From: Bacteroidia bacterium
GTDB lineage: Bacteria; Bacteroidota; Bacteroidia; AKYH767-A; OLB10
Assembly (NCBI GenBank): GCA_032111385.1
Contig: JAULUX010000112.1
Location: 1-40,525 of the forward strand
Reading direction: 5' to 3'
Length of the DNA stretch: 40,525 nucleotides
Positions 8,356 through 16,635 of this stretch are shown here, in pieces. Below the pieces are notes generated by a model that was not told the DNA's origin, did not search any database, and saw only the letters and a list, made by a program, of their open reading frames with translations. Within the stretch, counting starts at the first letter, position 1, and the number at the start of each line of letters is the position of its first letter. The position numbers were made by a program, and so were the translations under genes.

Positions 8356-9021
8356 TCAAGACCAGCGGAAACGCAGGTATTTGATCGGGACACCCTCGGC
8401 TAAAAAACGTTTTTCGTAAGTGGTTTGGATGGTCAGATCAAAGTTGTCCGGTGGCTCTCTGTACAGATCACGCGTGCAAACTTCGAACTGCCCTGGGAAT
8501 GCAGAAAGTGTTTCAACTGTGTATTCGAACAATCCGGCATTGTCGGTTTTCAGATGAAAACAACCTCCATTAGCGGTCAACCGGCGGTACAAGCTCAAGA
8601 AACTTGGATTGGTCAAGCGTAAATTTTCACGCGACAGTTGAGGCTGAGGATCGGGAAAGGTAACCCAGATTTCGTCCACCTCGCCTGCTTCAAAAAACTC
8701 CGGTACCCATTCGATGCGAACTCGCAGGAACGCCGCATTGAGCATATTTTCCTCGTTGATTGTCTTCGCCCCTCTCCATAGCCGTGCGCCTTTGACATCA
8801 ACGCCTACGAAATTCGTTTCAGGGAATGCCTTGGCGAGACCGACAGTATATTCACCTCGACCACAACCGAGCTCCAGTACTAAGGGATTGGAATTGTTGA
8901 ACACCCTCTTTCGCCAATTCCCACGCATGCCGTGCTCAGTGTGCACCAATGGATATGGGAATTGGAAAGTGCGCTCAAATCCCATGAGCTCATCAAATCG
9001 CTGTAGTTTTTTCTTGGCCAT
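8356..9021 (-). CDS. trmB: tRNA (guanine-N7)-methyltransferase
   Basis: The track ORF runs to 9279, but its first 86 codons overlap the divergent glycosyltransferase gene and look like non-coding read-through. The ATG at 9021 gives MAKKKLQRFDELMGFERTFQFPY...LVLELGCGRGEYTVGLA...NFVGVDVKGARLW...IWVTFPDPQP...HLKTDN, a canonical TrmB (222 aa). Confidence 0.9.
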   Translation of the reverse strand: MAKKKLQRFDELMGFERTFQFPYPLVHTEHGMRGNWRKRVFNNSNPLVLELGCGRGEYTVGLAKAFPETNFVGVDVKGARLWRGAKTINEENMLNAAFLRVRIEWVPEFFEAGEVDEIWVTFPDPQPQLSRENLRLTNPSFLSLYRRLTANGGCFHLKTDNAGLFEYTVETLSAFPGQFEVCTRDLYREPPDNFDLTIQTTYEKRFLAEGVPIKYLRFRWS

Positions 9022-9072
9022 GGAACGATAAGGAGTGCGAAGGTAGGTCAGCACGCAGACCTGACAAAAAAC

Positions 9073-9080
9073 TACCTTTG
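9073..9080 (+). promoter_or_regulatory. Putative -7 promoter box TACCTTTG immediately upstream of the glycosyltransferase ATG
   Basis: TACCTTTG ends 4 nt before the ATG at 9085, which would imply a leaderless or near-leaderless mRNA. A near-match, TACCTTCG (minus strand, 9038-9045), sits 17 nt before the trmB ATG. Confidence 0.3.
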
Positions 9081-9084
9081 AAGA

Positions 9085-10170
9085 ATGTCCGATAGACGAC
9101 CGCACATCCTTTTCACCGTGCTCGATTGGGGACTTGGTCATGCCACACGCAGTATTCCCTTGATTCGGGCACTCATCCGAAACGGTGCACGTGTAACGCT
9201 TGCGGGGGAGGGTTCTTCTTTGGAACTGCTCAAACAGGAATTCCCTCAACTTGAATCCCACACCGTGGAAGGGATTCAAGTGCGGTATCCCAACGCTCGC
9301 CTAAACCAATTCTGGATGTTCTTCCAGGCTATCCGAATCAACTTCAGCATACGTAAAGAACACCGTGCCTTCATCGCCCTGTCGAAAAAAATAAAGCCTG
9401 ACGCTATTGTCAGTGACAACCGCTATGGTGCTTGGGTGAAAGACATCCCCTCCTTTTTAATTTGCCATCAGCTGCAGGTTCTATTGCCTTCCGGCCTATC
9501 CGGTTTGCAGAACCTTTTTAACCGCCTTTATAGACAGCTTTTCTCTCCTTTCCGGGAAATATGGGTTCCTGATTTGGAAGCCCCCCCAGGACTTGCCGGC
9601 ATACTTTCTCATCCCCAAGTCATTCCCGAGCGAACAAGGTACATCGGACTGTTGTCCAGATTCAACCAATTCCAATCGGAGACTGTTTCAGATGAACCTG
9701 AGATCACCGCAGTTGTTTCCGGACCAGAACCCCATCGATCTACACTGGAGAATCAACTGCGCGCCCTGCTTGTGATTCAACCCTGTCCATCCTTACTCAT
9801 CACCGGAAAGCCACAGGAGAACAAGAATGAGGCACAAGATCACATGATGCGCATCGTGAACCACCTGGACACTCAAAAAATGACAACCCGGCTGAGGAAT
9901 AGTCGATTGTTGATTTTGCGACCGGGGTATTCCACATTGATGGACCTGTGCGCATTGGGAAAATCAGCGATATGTATTCCAACCCCGGGTCAAACCGAAC
10001 AGGAATACCTGGCGTCTTTACATGAGTCTAATCCGTTAATGGTCATCAGACAAAACGAACTTAATACCAGGGCAGTACTTTTAAAGGATGCACCTGCCGG
10101 CCGTTTTACTTTTCCTGTCAACACCGGTGTTGACGGCACTGTTGATCGATTGCTTCAATCCATCGCCTAA
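9085..10170 (+). CDS. Glycosyltransferase (GT1/GT28-like, MurG/UDP-glycosyltransferase fold)
   Basis: 361 aa. The N-terminus, ILFTVLDWGLGHATRSIPLIRALIRNGARVTLAGEG, is the acceptor-domain signature of this GT-B family. The C-terminal part is RPGYSTLMDLCALGKSAICIPTPGQTEQEYLA. Confidence 0.7.
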   Translation: MSDRRPHILFTVLDWGLGHATRSIPLIRALIRNGARVTLAGEGSSLELLKQEFPQLESHTVEGIQVRYPNARLNQFWMFFQAIRINFSIRKEHRAFIALSKKIKPDAIVSDNRYGAWVKDIPSFLICHQLQVLLPSGLSGLQNLFNRLYRQLFSPFREIWVPDLEAPPGLAGILSHPQVIPERTRYIGLLSRFNQFQSETVSDEPEITAVVSGPEPHRSTLENQLRALLVIQPCPSLLITGKPQENKNEAQDHMMRIVNHLDTQKMTTRLRNSRLLILRPGYSTLMDLCALGKSAICIPTPGQTEQEYLASLHESNPLMVIRQNELNTRAVLLKDAPAGRFTFPVNTGVDGTVDRLLQSIA

Positions 10171-10185
10171 GTTTGTTTTGCCTAT

Positions 10186-10376
10186 TTTGGTCAGGCCAAC
10201 GGTTTTCCGGGTAGTCTTTACCCGGGAATGAAAAGGGAATGCCGTGCAAACCGGCAACAGTCCCCGCTGCTGTGAACAGGGTCTTTCAAATCTTGCGAAA
10301 GACCGGGAGAAAAGCCACTGTGCCCCGAGCATGGGAAGGCCTCCGGAACCTGTGAGTCAGAATACCTGCCCTGGCG
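10186..10376 (+). promoter_or_regulatory. Cobalamin (B12) riboswitch aptamer
   Basis: The conserved core elements occur in the canonical order. They are: hairpin CCGGGTA/TACCCGG (10207-10225), AAAAGGGAATGCCGTGCAAACCGG, CAGTCCCCGCTGCTGT, variable hairpin GGTCTTTC...GAAAGACC, B12 box GCCACTG followed by GGGAAGGC, and AGTCAGAATACCTGCC. It lies in a 338-nt intergenic region upstream of the ATG at 10509. Boundaries are approximate. Confidence 0.85.
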
Positions 10377-10508
10377 TACATGAGCTCCCTTCGGAGGAAA
10401 GGTGATCTTCGCAGATGTGGGTATCGAACAATCCTGACGTTTCGATACGAACATTCGCACGTTCGACGGATTCCCGTGGGCTCATGGTTGATTTTAAAAT
10501 AGACGACC

Positions 10509-11579
10509 ATGAAATACAACTTCCCCATCATCCTTGCTGCAAGCCTTTTTGGCTTTGTATTGACCTCTTGTGAGAAAGAAAAGAAATACGAAAACACACC
10601 GGTTGACCCCGGTTTGAAAGGCGTTTTCTGCCTGAACGAAGGAGCCTTCCAGGCGGGCAATGCTGAAGTTTCCTATTACCCCTCTTCAGGCAGTGCCGCT
10701 GTGCGTAATCTCTACTATGAAGCAAATGCACTGCCCCTTGGCGATGTCCTGCAATCGATGACCTTGCACGCAGGAAAAGGTTACCTGTGTGTAAACAACT
10801 CTCAAAAAATCGAAGTCGTGGACACCGAATCCTTCAAAAGGATCGGCACGATATCAGGCATCAGGAGTCCTCGGTATCTTCTGGTGATTGATTCATCGCA
10901 TGCTGTCGTTAGCGACTGGTACAGCAATCAATTATTCAAAGTAAACCTGAACTCATTGTCAGTTGAGGACTCGACGGACTGTGGTAATGGTCCTGAGCAA
11001 ATGGTGCTCAGTAACGGAAAGATCTTTGTAAGCAACAGTGGCGGTTTCATCACAGACAGCAGTATCTCGGTCATCGATGCCGTCAGTTTACAATTGGTCT
11101 CGACCATTGCAACAGGGGTGAATCCCGCATACATCACAAAGGACAGCAATGGCAAGATCCTGGTCCTTTGCCGGGGTAGCCTGGGCGACGACTACACTCC
11201 CACACCGGACGATGCCGGCGGTAAGCTCCTGCGCATCGATCCTGTCACCATGCAAGTCGAAGCAAGCTATGATTTCGCTTACGACGAACACCCACTTCAC
11301 CTTCAGTTGTCGGATAACCGCATTTACTTCCTGAATGGCTCATGGTATTATACCGGAAAAATACAATGGATAGACGCCCAGGACTGGAGTCAGGGACCAA
11401 CCACTCTGGTTGAACGCGAATTCTACTCGCTTGGAATTCATCCTCAGACCAAGAACATCTACGGGGGAAAGGCCTCCTTCAGCTCAAACACACACGTAGT
11501 GCGATTCAACCCCAACGGTTCTTTGATCGATTCTCTTCCTGCGGGAATTGCGCCAACCGGGTTCGTATTCAATCCTTAG
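10509..11579 (+). CDS. Surface lipoprotein, YncE/DUF5074-like beta-propeller (BtuG-like corrinoid-binding candidate)
   Basis: Lipoprotein signal MKYNFPIILAASLFGFVLTSC (Cys21). Repeated strand-rich units: GVFCLNEGAFQAGNAEVSYY, YLCVNNSQKIEVVDTESFKRIGTI, KIFVSNSGGFITDSSISVIDAVSLQLVSTI, NGKILVLCRG. It is the only ORF behind the B12 riboswitch. Confidence 0.65.
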   Translation: MKYNFPIILAASLFGFVLTSCEKEKKYENTPVDPGLKGVFCLNEGAFQAGNAEVSYYPSSGSAAVRNLYYEANALPLGDVLQSMTLHAGKGYLCVNNSQKIEVVDTESFKRIGTISGIRSPRYLLVIDSSHAVVSDWYSNQLFKVNLNSLSVEDSTDCGNGPEQMVLSNGKIFVSNSGGFITDSSISVIDAVSLQLVSTIATGVNPAYITKDSNGKILVLCRGSLGDDYTPTPDDAGGKLLRIDPVTMQVEASYDFAYDEHPLHLQLSDNRIYFLNGSWYYTGKIQWIDAQDWSQGPTTLVEREFYSLGIHPQTKNIYGGKASFSSNTHVVRFNPNGSLIDSLPAGIAPTGFVFNP

Positions 11580-11588
11580 AAAAGGCCA

Positions 11589-12143
11589 TCAACGCACCAA
11601 AAGCAGGTCGGAAGAGTACGCCTTGGCGCTTCTGTTTCCGGCCCGATCGCGAATGTAAAACTCGAACCTACCTGCATTGCTTAATAGAACAAGAGCACTG
11701 GCGAAATCCATCCTGTACCGCACTTCTGCTTCGATACTTTTGGTATTTCCCTGGGGTTCGATGGATTGCATACGCTGATTGAACTTCACCTGAACGCTGT
11801 CAAAATAAACCAAAGTGTCACAGTTCGTAGTCACCTCCACCACTTCAAGCCAAAGCTTCTTGGGGCGATAAGTGATTCCGGTTTTTTCCTCGTAAGCCAG
11901 ATACAGGTTAAAGTTATCAGCGCCACAGCTGTTATCAAATTCGTTTTCCCTGAACCCGATGTCGCCGTCGCCATCGCGCAAGGTGAATAGGAAGTCCACG
12001 GCCGTATCCTTACCGGCTGCATCAGCATACTTGATGAATCCATCAAAGGTGACCGACGGGATTTCACTGAACTTATCCTCCTTGGTGCAAGATGCCAGGA
12101 TAAACAAGGGAAAGGCAAACAAAAGGAGACGAGTGACCTTCAT
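11589..12143 (-). CDS. Hypothetical lipoprotein
   Basis: 184 aa with lipobox MKVTRLLLFAFPLFILASC. I recognise no family. It lies 37 nt downstream of, and co-oriented with, the M16 peptidase gene. Confidence 0.5.
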   Translation of the reverse strand: MKVTRLLLFAFPLFILASCTKEDKFSEIPSVTFDGFIKYADAAGKDTAVDFLFTLRDGDGDIGFRENEFDNSCGADNFNLYLAYEEKTGITYRPKKLWLEVVEVTTNCDTLVYFDSVQVKFNQRMQSIEPQGNTKSIEAEVRYRMDFASALVLLSNAGRFEFYIRDRAGNRSAKAYSSDLLLVR

Positions 12144-12180
12144 TTGTCCAAATATACGAAAGCAAAATCCGTTGAACAGT

Positions 12181-13413
12181 TCAAGAGGGCATATAAGTCA
12201 GGGTGGACGTGCCTGCAGGGTCAAACATCTCCCGGGCGATACGCTTCAAGTCGGCGGTGGTCACAGACTGAATACGGGCGAAAATCTCCTCAAGAGGGAT
12301 GACATGACCCAGGTTTAGCTGGCTTTTAGACATGGCCAAAAGAACACTAAGACGATTTTCCTGAGCAAGGCGGATCTGACCGATCAATTGCTCTTTGTAC
12401 TGCCGTATCCGGGTTTCGCTGATCGGTTTTTCGGCCAGCTTGTTCAGTTCCTTGCTGACCAAATCAAGAGTTTTCTTGTGATGCTTCGGGTCTGTAGCGA
12501 AGTAGACATGAAAAATGCCTCCGTCGGTATAGGTATGGTAACCGGACTCCACCGTATAGGCGTAGCCGTAACGTTCCCGGATATTGAGGTTCAGTAGTGA
12601 ATTCATCCCCGGACCACCAAGAAGGTTGTTCAATAGAATCATCCCGTAGCGATCCGGATGACGTAAGCCGTAGGCAGGACGACCACTGATGTGGTGAAGC
12701 TGGGAGGTCTGCTTGGCGACTTCCTGTTCAGAAGCCCGGTAACGCAGGGCCGGCTTGCGGGAAGTCACAGTGTTCTTCTTACGCAAAGCACCGAAGTGAT
12801 TTTCAATCCGCTTTAGCACCTCCCTTTTCTCAAGTCCGGAACTGACCGCCAGCACCATCTTCCCGGTCACATAATGGGTATTGGTATATTCCCTCAAATC
12901 CTTCTGACGAAAAGAACGTACCGACTGCTCGAATCCAAGAATGGGATGTCCGAGCGGATGACCGCGAAAAAGCAACCCTTCAAAATCATCGAAAATCTGC
13001 TCGTAGGGAGCATCTTCGTACGAGTGGATTTCATCCACAATCACATCCTTCTCTTTCTCAATCTCACGCAGGGGGAACGTGGAGTGAAAGGCGATATCGC
13101 TGATCAGCTCCAAGGCGCGGTCGAGGTGCTTCTCCATGACAGAGGCATGTAAGCACGTTTCCTCCTTTGTCGTGTAGGCATTCAACTCGCCTCCTACGCA
13201 TTCCAATCGATTCAGGATATGATAGGACTTGCGGCGCTTTGTACCCTTGAACAGGCAATGTTCAATGAAATGAGCCAATCCTTCCTTCCCTTTGTCCTCT
13301 TCACGCGTTCCTGCACCGATCAACAACCCACAATGGGCGACACCGTTACCGGGACCCTTGACCAACAGTACCTGCAAGCCGTTGGGCAATATGATCACTT
13401 CTGGAGATTCCAT
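12181..13413 (-). CDS. M16 (pitrilysin/insulinase) family zinc peptidase
   Basis: 410 aa. Inverted zinc motif HxxEH in GLAHFIEHCLFKGTKRR, followed by the downstream Glu region LNAYTTKEET. Confidence 0.85.
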   Translation of the reverse strand: MESPEVIILPNGLQVLLVKGPGNGVAHCGLLIGAGTREEDKGKEGLAHFIEHCLFKGTKRRKSYHILNRLECVGGELNAYTTKEETCLHASVMEKHLDRALELISDIAFHSTFPLREIEKEKDVIVDEIHSYEDAPYEQIFDDFEGLLFRGHPLGHPILGFEQSVRSFRQKDLREYTNTHYVTGKMVLAVSSGLEKREVLKRIENHFGALRKKNTVTSRKPALRYRASEQEVAKQTSQLHHISGRPAYGLRHPDRYGMILLNNLLGGPGMNSLLNLNIRERYGYAYTVESGYHTYTDGGIFHVYFATDPKHHKKTLDLVSKELNKLAEKPISETRIRQYKEQLIGQIRLAQENRLSVLLAMSKSQLNLGHVIPLEEIFARIQSVTTADLKRIAREMFDPAGTSTLTYMPS

Positions 13414-13417
13414 TTTA

Positions 13418-13425
13418 CAAACATA
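13418..13425 (-). promoter_or_regulatory. Putative -7 promoter box TATGTTTG for the M16 peptidase gene
   Basis: The minus strand reads TATGTTTG and ends 4 nt before the ATG at 13413, which would imply a leaderless or very short-leader transcript. Evidence is motif plus position only. Confidence 0.3.
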
Positions 13426-13535
13426 GGTAAGGCCATCCTACCGGTCGTAGTCATATCCCCGGAAGTTGAACGGAAAAACCGGATTTATTAAGGGGAAAAC
13501 CAAAACCAATAAATCACTTTTTTGTTAATTTATTT

Positions 13536-15914
13536 ATGTCGAAATACGTTTTAATCACCCTCTTACTTATCGGTAGTCTTTCCGGGGCCTACGCACAGGA
13601 ATCCACTTTAGAGGGCAGGGTGTTCAATTCCATCAACAACGAGAGCATCCCGTTCGCCGTAGCCGTACTGAAAGACGCACGGTCCGCTTATCCTACCACG
13701 GCAGATTCGGCAGGTCGTTTCAAGATCACTGCACCTCAACCCGGGTTTTACAACCTGGAAGTGATCATGAGCGGATTCAAGACCACATTCCTTTTCGAGA
13801 TCCAGCTGAAACCTGAACGGGTTACGCGTGTGGACGTTGCCATGGAGCCCGATCAAAAAAACCTGGGAGAGGTCACCATCAGTGCTCAGCCTTTTGTCCG
13901 CAAGGAGGAAAGCCCACTGTCCATGCGTTCCATCGGCACTGCGGAGATCAAGCGCAATCCGGGCGGCAACCGCGACATCAGCCGGATCATCCAATCGCTT
14001 CCCGGCGTCGCCTCACCCCCCACCTTCCGGAACGATATCATTGTCCGGGGCGGATCACCCAACGAGAATCGATTCTACCTGGACGGAATTGAGATTCCCA
14101 ACATCAACCACTTCGCCACTCAGGGAGCTTCCGGTGGCCCTGTCGGCTTGCTGAATGTCGATTTCATCAACGAGGTAGACTTTTACTCCGGCGCTTTCCC
14201 GGCCAACCGTGGCGACGCATTGTCTTCGGTGATGGACATCAAATTCAAAGACGGCCGATCAGACAAAACAGGTGCCTCATTCGCCTTGGGCGCCACCGAC
14301 CTGGCCACCACCATCGAAGGACCGGCCGGAGACAAAGCCACTTACATCGCCTCTTACAGAAGGTCGTATCTGCAGTTCCTCTTCGCAGCTCTTGAACTTC
14401 CGTTCCTGCCCACATACAACGACTTTCAACTCAAATACAAATACAAACCCGACAATAAACAGGAGTTCAACGTACTGGCATTAGGTGCATACGACGTGGT
14501 TTCGTTAAACACCTCTGCAAACGAAACAGAAGCTCAACGCTATATACTTGGCAATATTCCCCAGAACTCACAATGGAACTATACCGTGGGCGGTTCTTAC
14601 AAACGGTATTCCGAAAGAAGCTTTACGACCTATGTACTCAGCCGAAACCATCTCAACAACGAAGCGGTGAAATACCGAAACAACGATGATTCGAATGAGA
14701 GCAACAAGATTTTAAAGTACCGATCGGAGGAAATCGAAAACAAGGTACGTGTCGAGAACACCGCCTTGAGGGGATCCTGGAAAATCAATTCGGGCGTCAA
14801 CCTGCAGCAAAGCCTTTACACTAACGATACCTACAACCAAATCCCCTTCATCGGCCATGTCGTTTACCAATCCGAACTCGACTTTTTTCTTTACGGTGCA
14901 TTTGCCCAAGTAAGCAAAACATTCGGAGGAGCGGGCCTCGTCCTCTCGCTTGGTACTCGGTTCGACGGAAACACATTCGGGAACGAAATGAAAAACCCGC
15001 TGGAGCAGTTCTCACCCAGGTTCTCCCTTTCAAAATCACTCGGCGAACGATTCAGCTTCAATGCCAACACCGGCATCTACTACCAGCGTCCCGCCTATAC
15101 GATACTCGGTTTCCGCGATGCGGAAGGCCGTTTGACCAACACCAATGTACGCTACATCCGTTCGGAGCATGTGGTCGCAGGTCTCGAATATCAAAACAAA
15201 ACCAATGGGCGTATCACCGTTGAAGGATTCTACAAGCGCTACAGCAGGTATCCGCTGGGACTACAAGACTCGGTCAGCATCGCCAACCAGGGCAGTGACT
15301 TCGGTATCGTTGGCGACGAGCCGGTCGATTCACGGTCGCGGGGGTTCAGTACCGGTGTCGAAGTGTTGCTGCAGCAGAAGTTATTCAAAGGATTCTACGG
15401 AATCCTGGCCTATACGTTAGCTCAAAGCAAGTTCACCAATTTCGACGATCGCCTGGTCGCCTCCAGCTGGGATTACCGCCATACCATCAGCATGACTGCA
15501 GGGAAAACCTTTGCCAAAAACTGGGAAGCGGGTCTGCGATTCCGCTACAGCAGTGGCAGCCCCTACACCCCCTACGATGTAGCAAACTCGTCCCTCCGGT
15601 CCAACTGGGACATCAGCGGGCAGGGCGTTCCTGACCCGGAACGGATCAATACCGTTCGAAACGGCGACTTCGCACAACTCGACATCCGTGTAGACAAGAA
15701 ATACTACTTCAAAAGCTGGACCCTGGATTTGTATATCGACATCCAAAATCTCTTCAATTATCAAACGGAACTGAGACCTTACCTCACAGTCGAACGAAAT
15801 GCGGATGGTTCACCCAAAGAGAACCCTTCTGATCCCAGCCGCTACTTACTAACCGAACTGCAAAACACGAATGGAACCGTGATTCCGACCATTGGTTTGA
15901 TAGTCGAGCTTTGA
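13536..15914 (+). CDS. TonB-dependent receptor with N-terminal carboxypeptidase-regulatory-like domain
   Basis: 792 aa with a signal peptide (LSGAYAQ). CarbopepD_reg-like domain: LEGRVFNSINNESIPFAVAVL...GRFKITAPQPGFYNLEV. Plug domain: ISRIIQSLPGV...IIVRGGSPNENRFYLDGIEI. This is followed by a long beta-barrel. Confidence 0.85.
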   Translation: MSKYVLITLLLIGSLSGAYAQESTLEGRVFNSINNESIPFAVAVLKDARSAYPTTADSAGRFKITAPQPGFYNLEVIMSGFKTTFLFEIQLKPERVTRVDVAMEPDQKNLGEVTISAQPFVRKEESPLSMRSIGTAEIKRNPGGNRDISRIIQSLPGVASPPTFRNDIIVRGGSPNENRFYLDGIEIPNINHFATQGASGGPVGLLNVDFINEVDFYSGAFPANRGDALSSVMDIKFKDGRSDKTGASFALGATDLATTIEGPAGDKATYIASYRRSYLQFLFAALELPFLPTYNDFQLKYKYKPDNKQEFNVLALGAYDVVSLNTSANETEAQRYILGNIPQNSQWNYTVGGSYKRYSERSFTTYVLSRNHLNNEAVKYRNNDDSNESNKILKYRSEEIENKVRVENTALRGSWKINSGVNLQQSLYTNDTYNQIPFIGHVVYQSELDFFLYGAFAQVSKTFGGAGLVLSLGTRFDGNTFGNEMKNPLEQFSPRFSLSKSLGERFSFNANTGIYYQRPAYTILGFRDAEGRLTNTNVRYIRSEHVVAGLEYQNKTNGRITVEGFYKRYSRYPLGLQDSVSIANQGSDFGIVGDEPVDSRSRGFSTGVEVLLQQKLFKGFYGILAYTLAQSKFTNFDDRLVASSWDYRHTISMTAGKTFAKNWEAGLRFRYSSGSPYTPYDVANSSLRSNWDISGQGVPDPERINTVRNGDFAQLDIRVDKKYYFKSWTLDLYIDIQNLFNYQTELRPYLTVERNADGSPKENPSDPSRYLLTELQNTNGTVIPTIGLIVEL

Positions 15915-15923
15915 ACCAAAAGG

Positions 15924-16280
15924 TCAATTCAGCGCACCGGCCATCATCCTACATTCAACCACCTGCCGTCGGTTGTATTCAAGAGTCATACTCTTATAGT
16001 TGATCAGATCGACAATGGTTCCGACGAAACAGAGTCCTGCGGTAAAGAGATACAAAATACCCATACCCATCTGACCGAGGATAAAACGTTGCACGCCGGC
16101 AACGACGACGAATCCCAACAATGTACATAATAGGACAGTTTGCGGATCTTTTCGCCTACCTTGGTAAAGTAGAACGAACTGTTGCCTTTTGGCATCATCC
16201 ATGTCTTTGGTGGCTTCCTGAATAAACTGAAGCTCCTCGGATTCAATGCCGGGAATACTATAGAGCAGGTTGTTGTTCAT
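15924..16280 (-). CDS. TM2 domain-containing membrane protein
   Basis: 118 aa. It has two TM helices with the TM2 signature LLCTLLGFVVVAGVQRFILGQMGMGILYLFTAGLCFVGTIVDLI. Confidence 0.8.
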   Translation of the reverse strand: MNNNLLYSIPGIESEELQFIQEATKDMDDAKRQQFVLLYQGRRKDPQTVLLCTLLGFVVVAGVQRFILGQMGMGILYLFTAGLCFVGTIVDLINYKSMTLEYNRRQVVECRMMAGALN

Positions 16281-16322
16281 GTTGTTGTCGATTTTTAGAA
16301 AGTCCCTTGAAACAGATATGAC

Positions 16323-16610
16323 TTAGTTCAAACACACCGGTCTGACGGCATGTCTAACAGTAAAGATAATCCTGTTCACCAAAATGAAGATAGTGGGTAT
16401 GCCCAGGGGGTGCATTTCGATCGAAGTCCGAATTTCACCCTTGAATACCAAATTTATGGAGTGTCCGAGTCCGCAACCCGGACACCAATCCGCACCCAAA
16501 AGATTTAAAGGGCAAATGGAAAAGCAGCCATCCGTTGCAATGCCGAGCGCAAGTACAACCAACGCAAGCGTCCAAATGAGCGGCTCGAGAAACCGTTTCG
16601 ACTTCACCAT
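16323..16610 (-). CDS. DUF2752 domain-containing membrane protein
   Basis: 95 aa. Carries the Cys motif CPLNLLGADWCPGCGLGHS characteristic of DUF2752. It lies directly upstream of the TM2 gene. Confidence 0.75.
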   Translation of the reverse strand: MVKSKRFLEPLIWTLALVVLALGIATDGCFSICPLNLLGADWCPGCGLGHSINLVFKGEIRTSIEMHPLGIPTIFILVNRIIFTVRHAVRPVCLN

Positions 16611-16635
16611 TTCAACGCCAGGCGGATTGATGGGA

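Noticed and set aside
9022-9279. The 86-codon N-terminal extension of the trmB ORF in the track (start at 9279). Similar TTG-initiated extensions occur at 697 (punA), 7705, 28212 and 34976, and an extension to 38472 occurs for the DCC gene.
   Set aside because: The extensions overlap divergent or upstream genes or their promoters, and contain no family sequence. Canonical ATG starts that give full-length family members lie downstream.
13536-15914. The TonB-dependent receptor as the BtuB partner of the riboswitch-controlled lipoprotein.
   Set aside because: It lies 2 kb away, beyond two minus-strand genes. It has its own 122-nt upstream region with no riboswitch motifs, and it has a CarboxypepD_reg-type N-terminus. 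Nothing in the sequence links it to B12.
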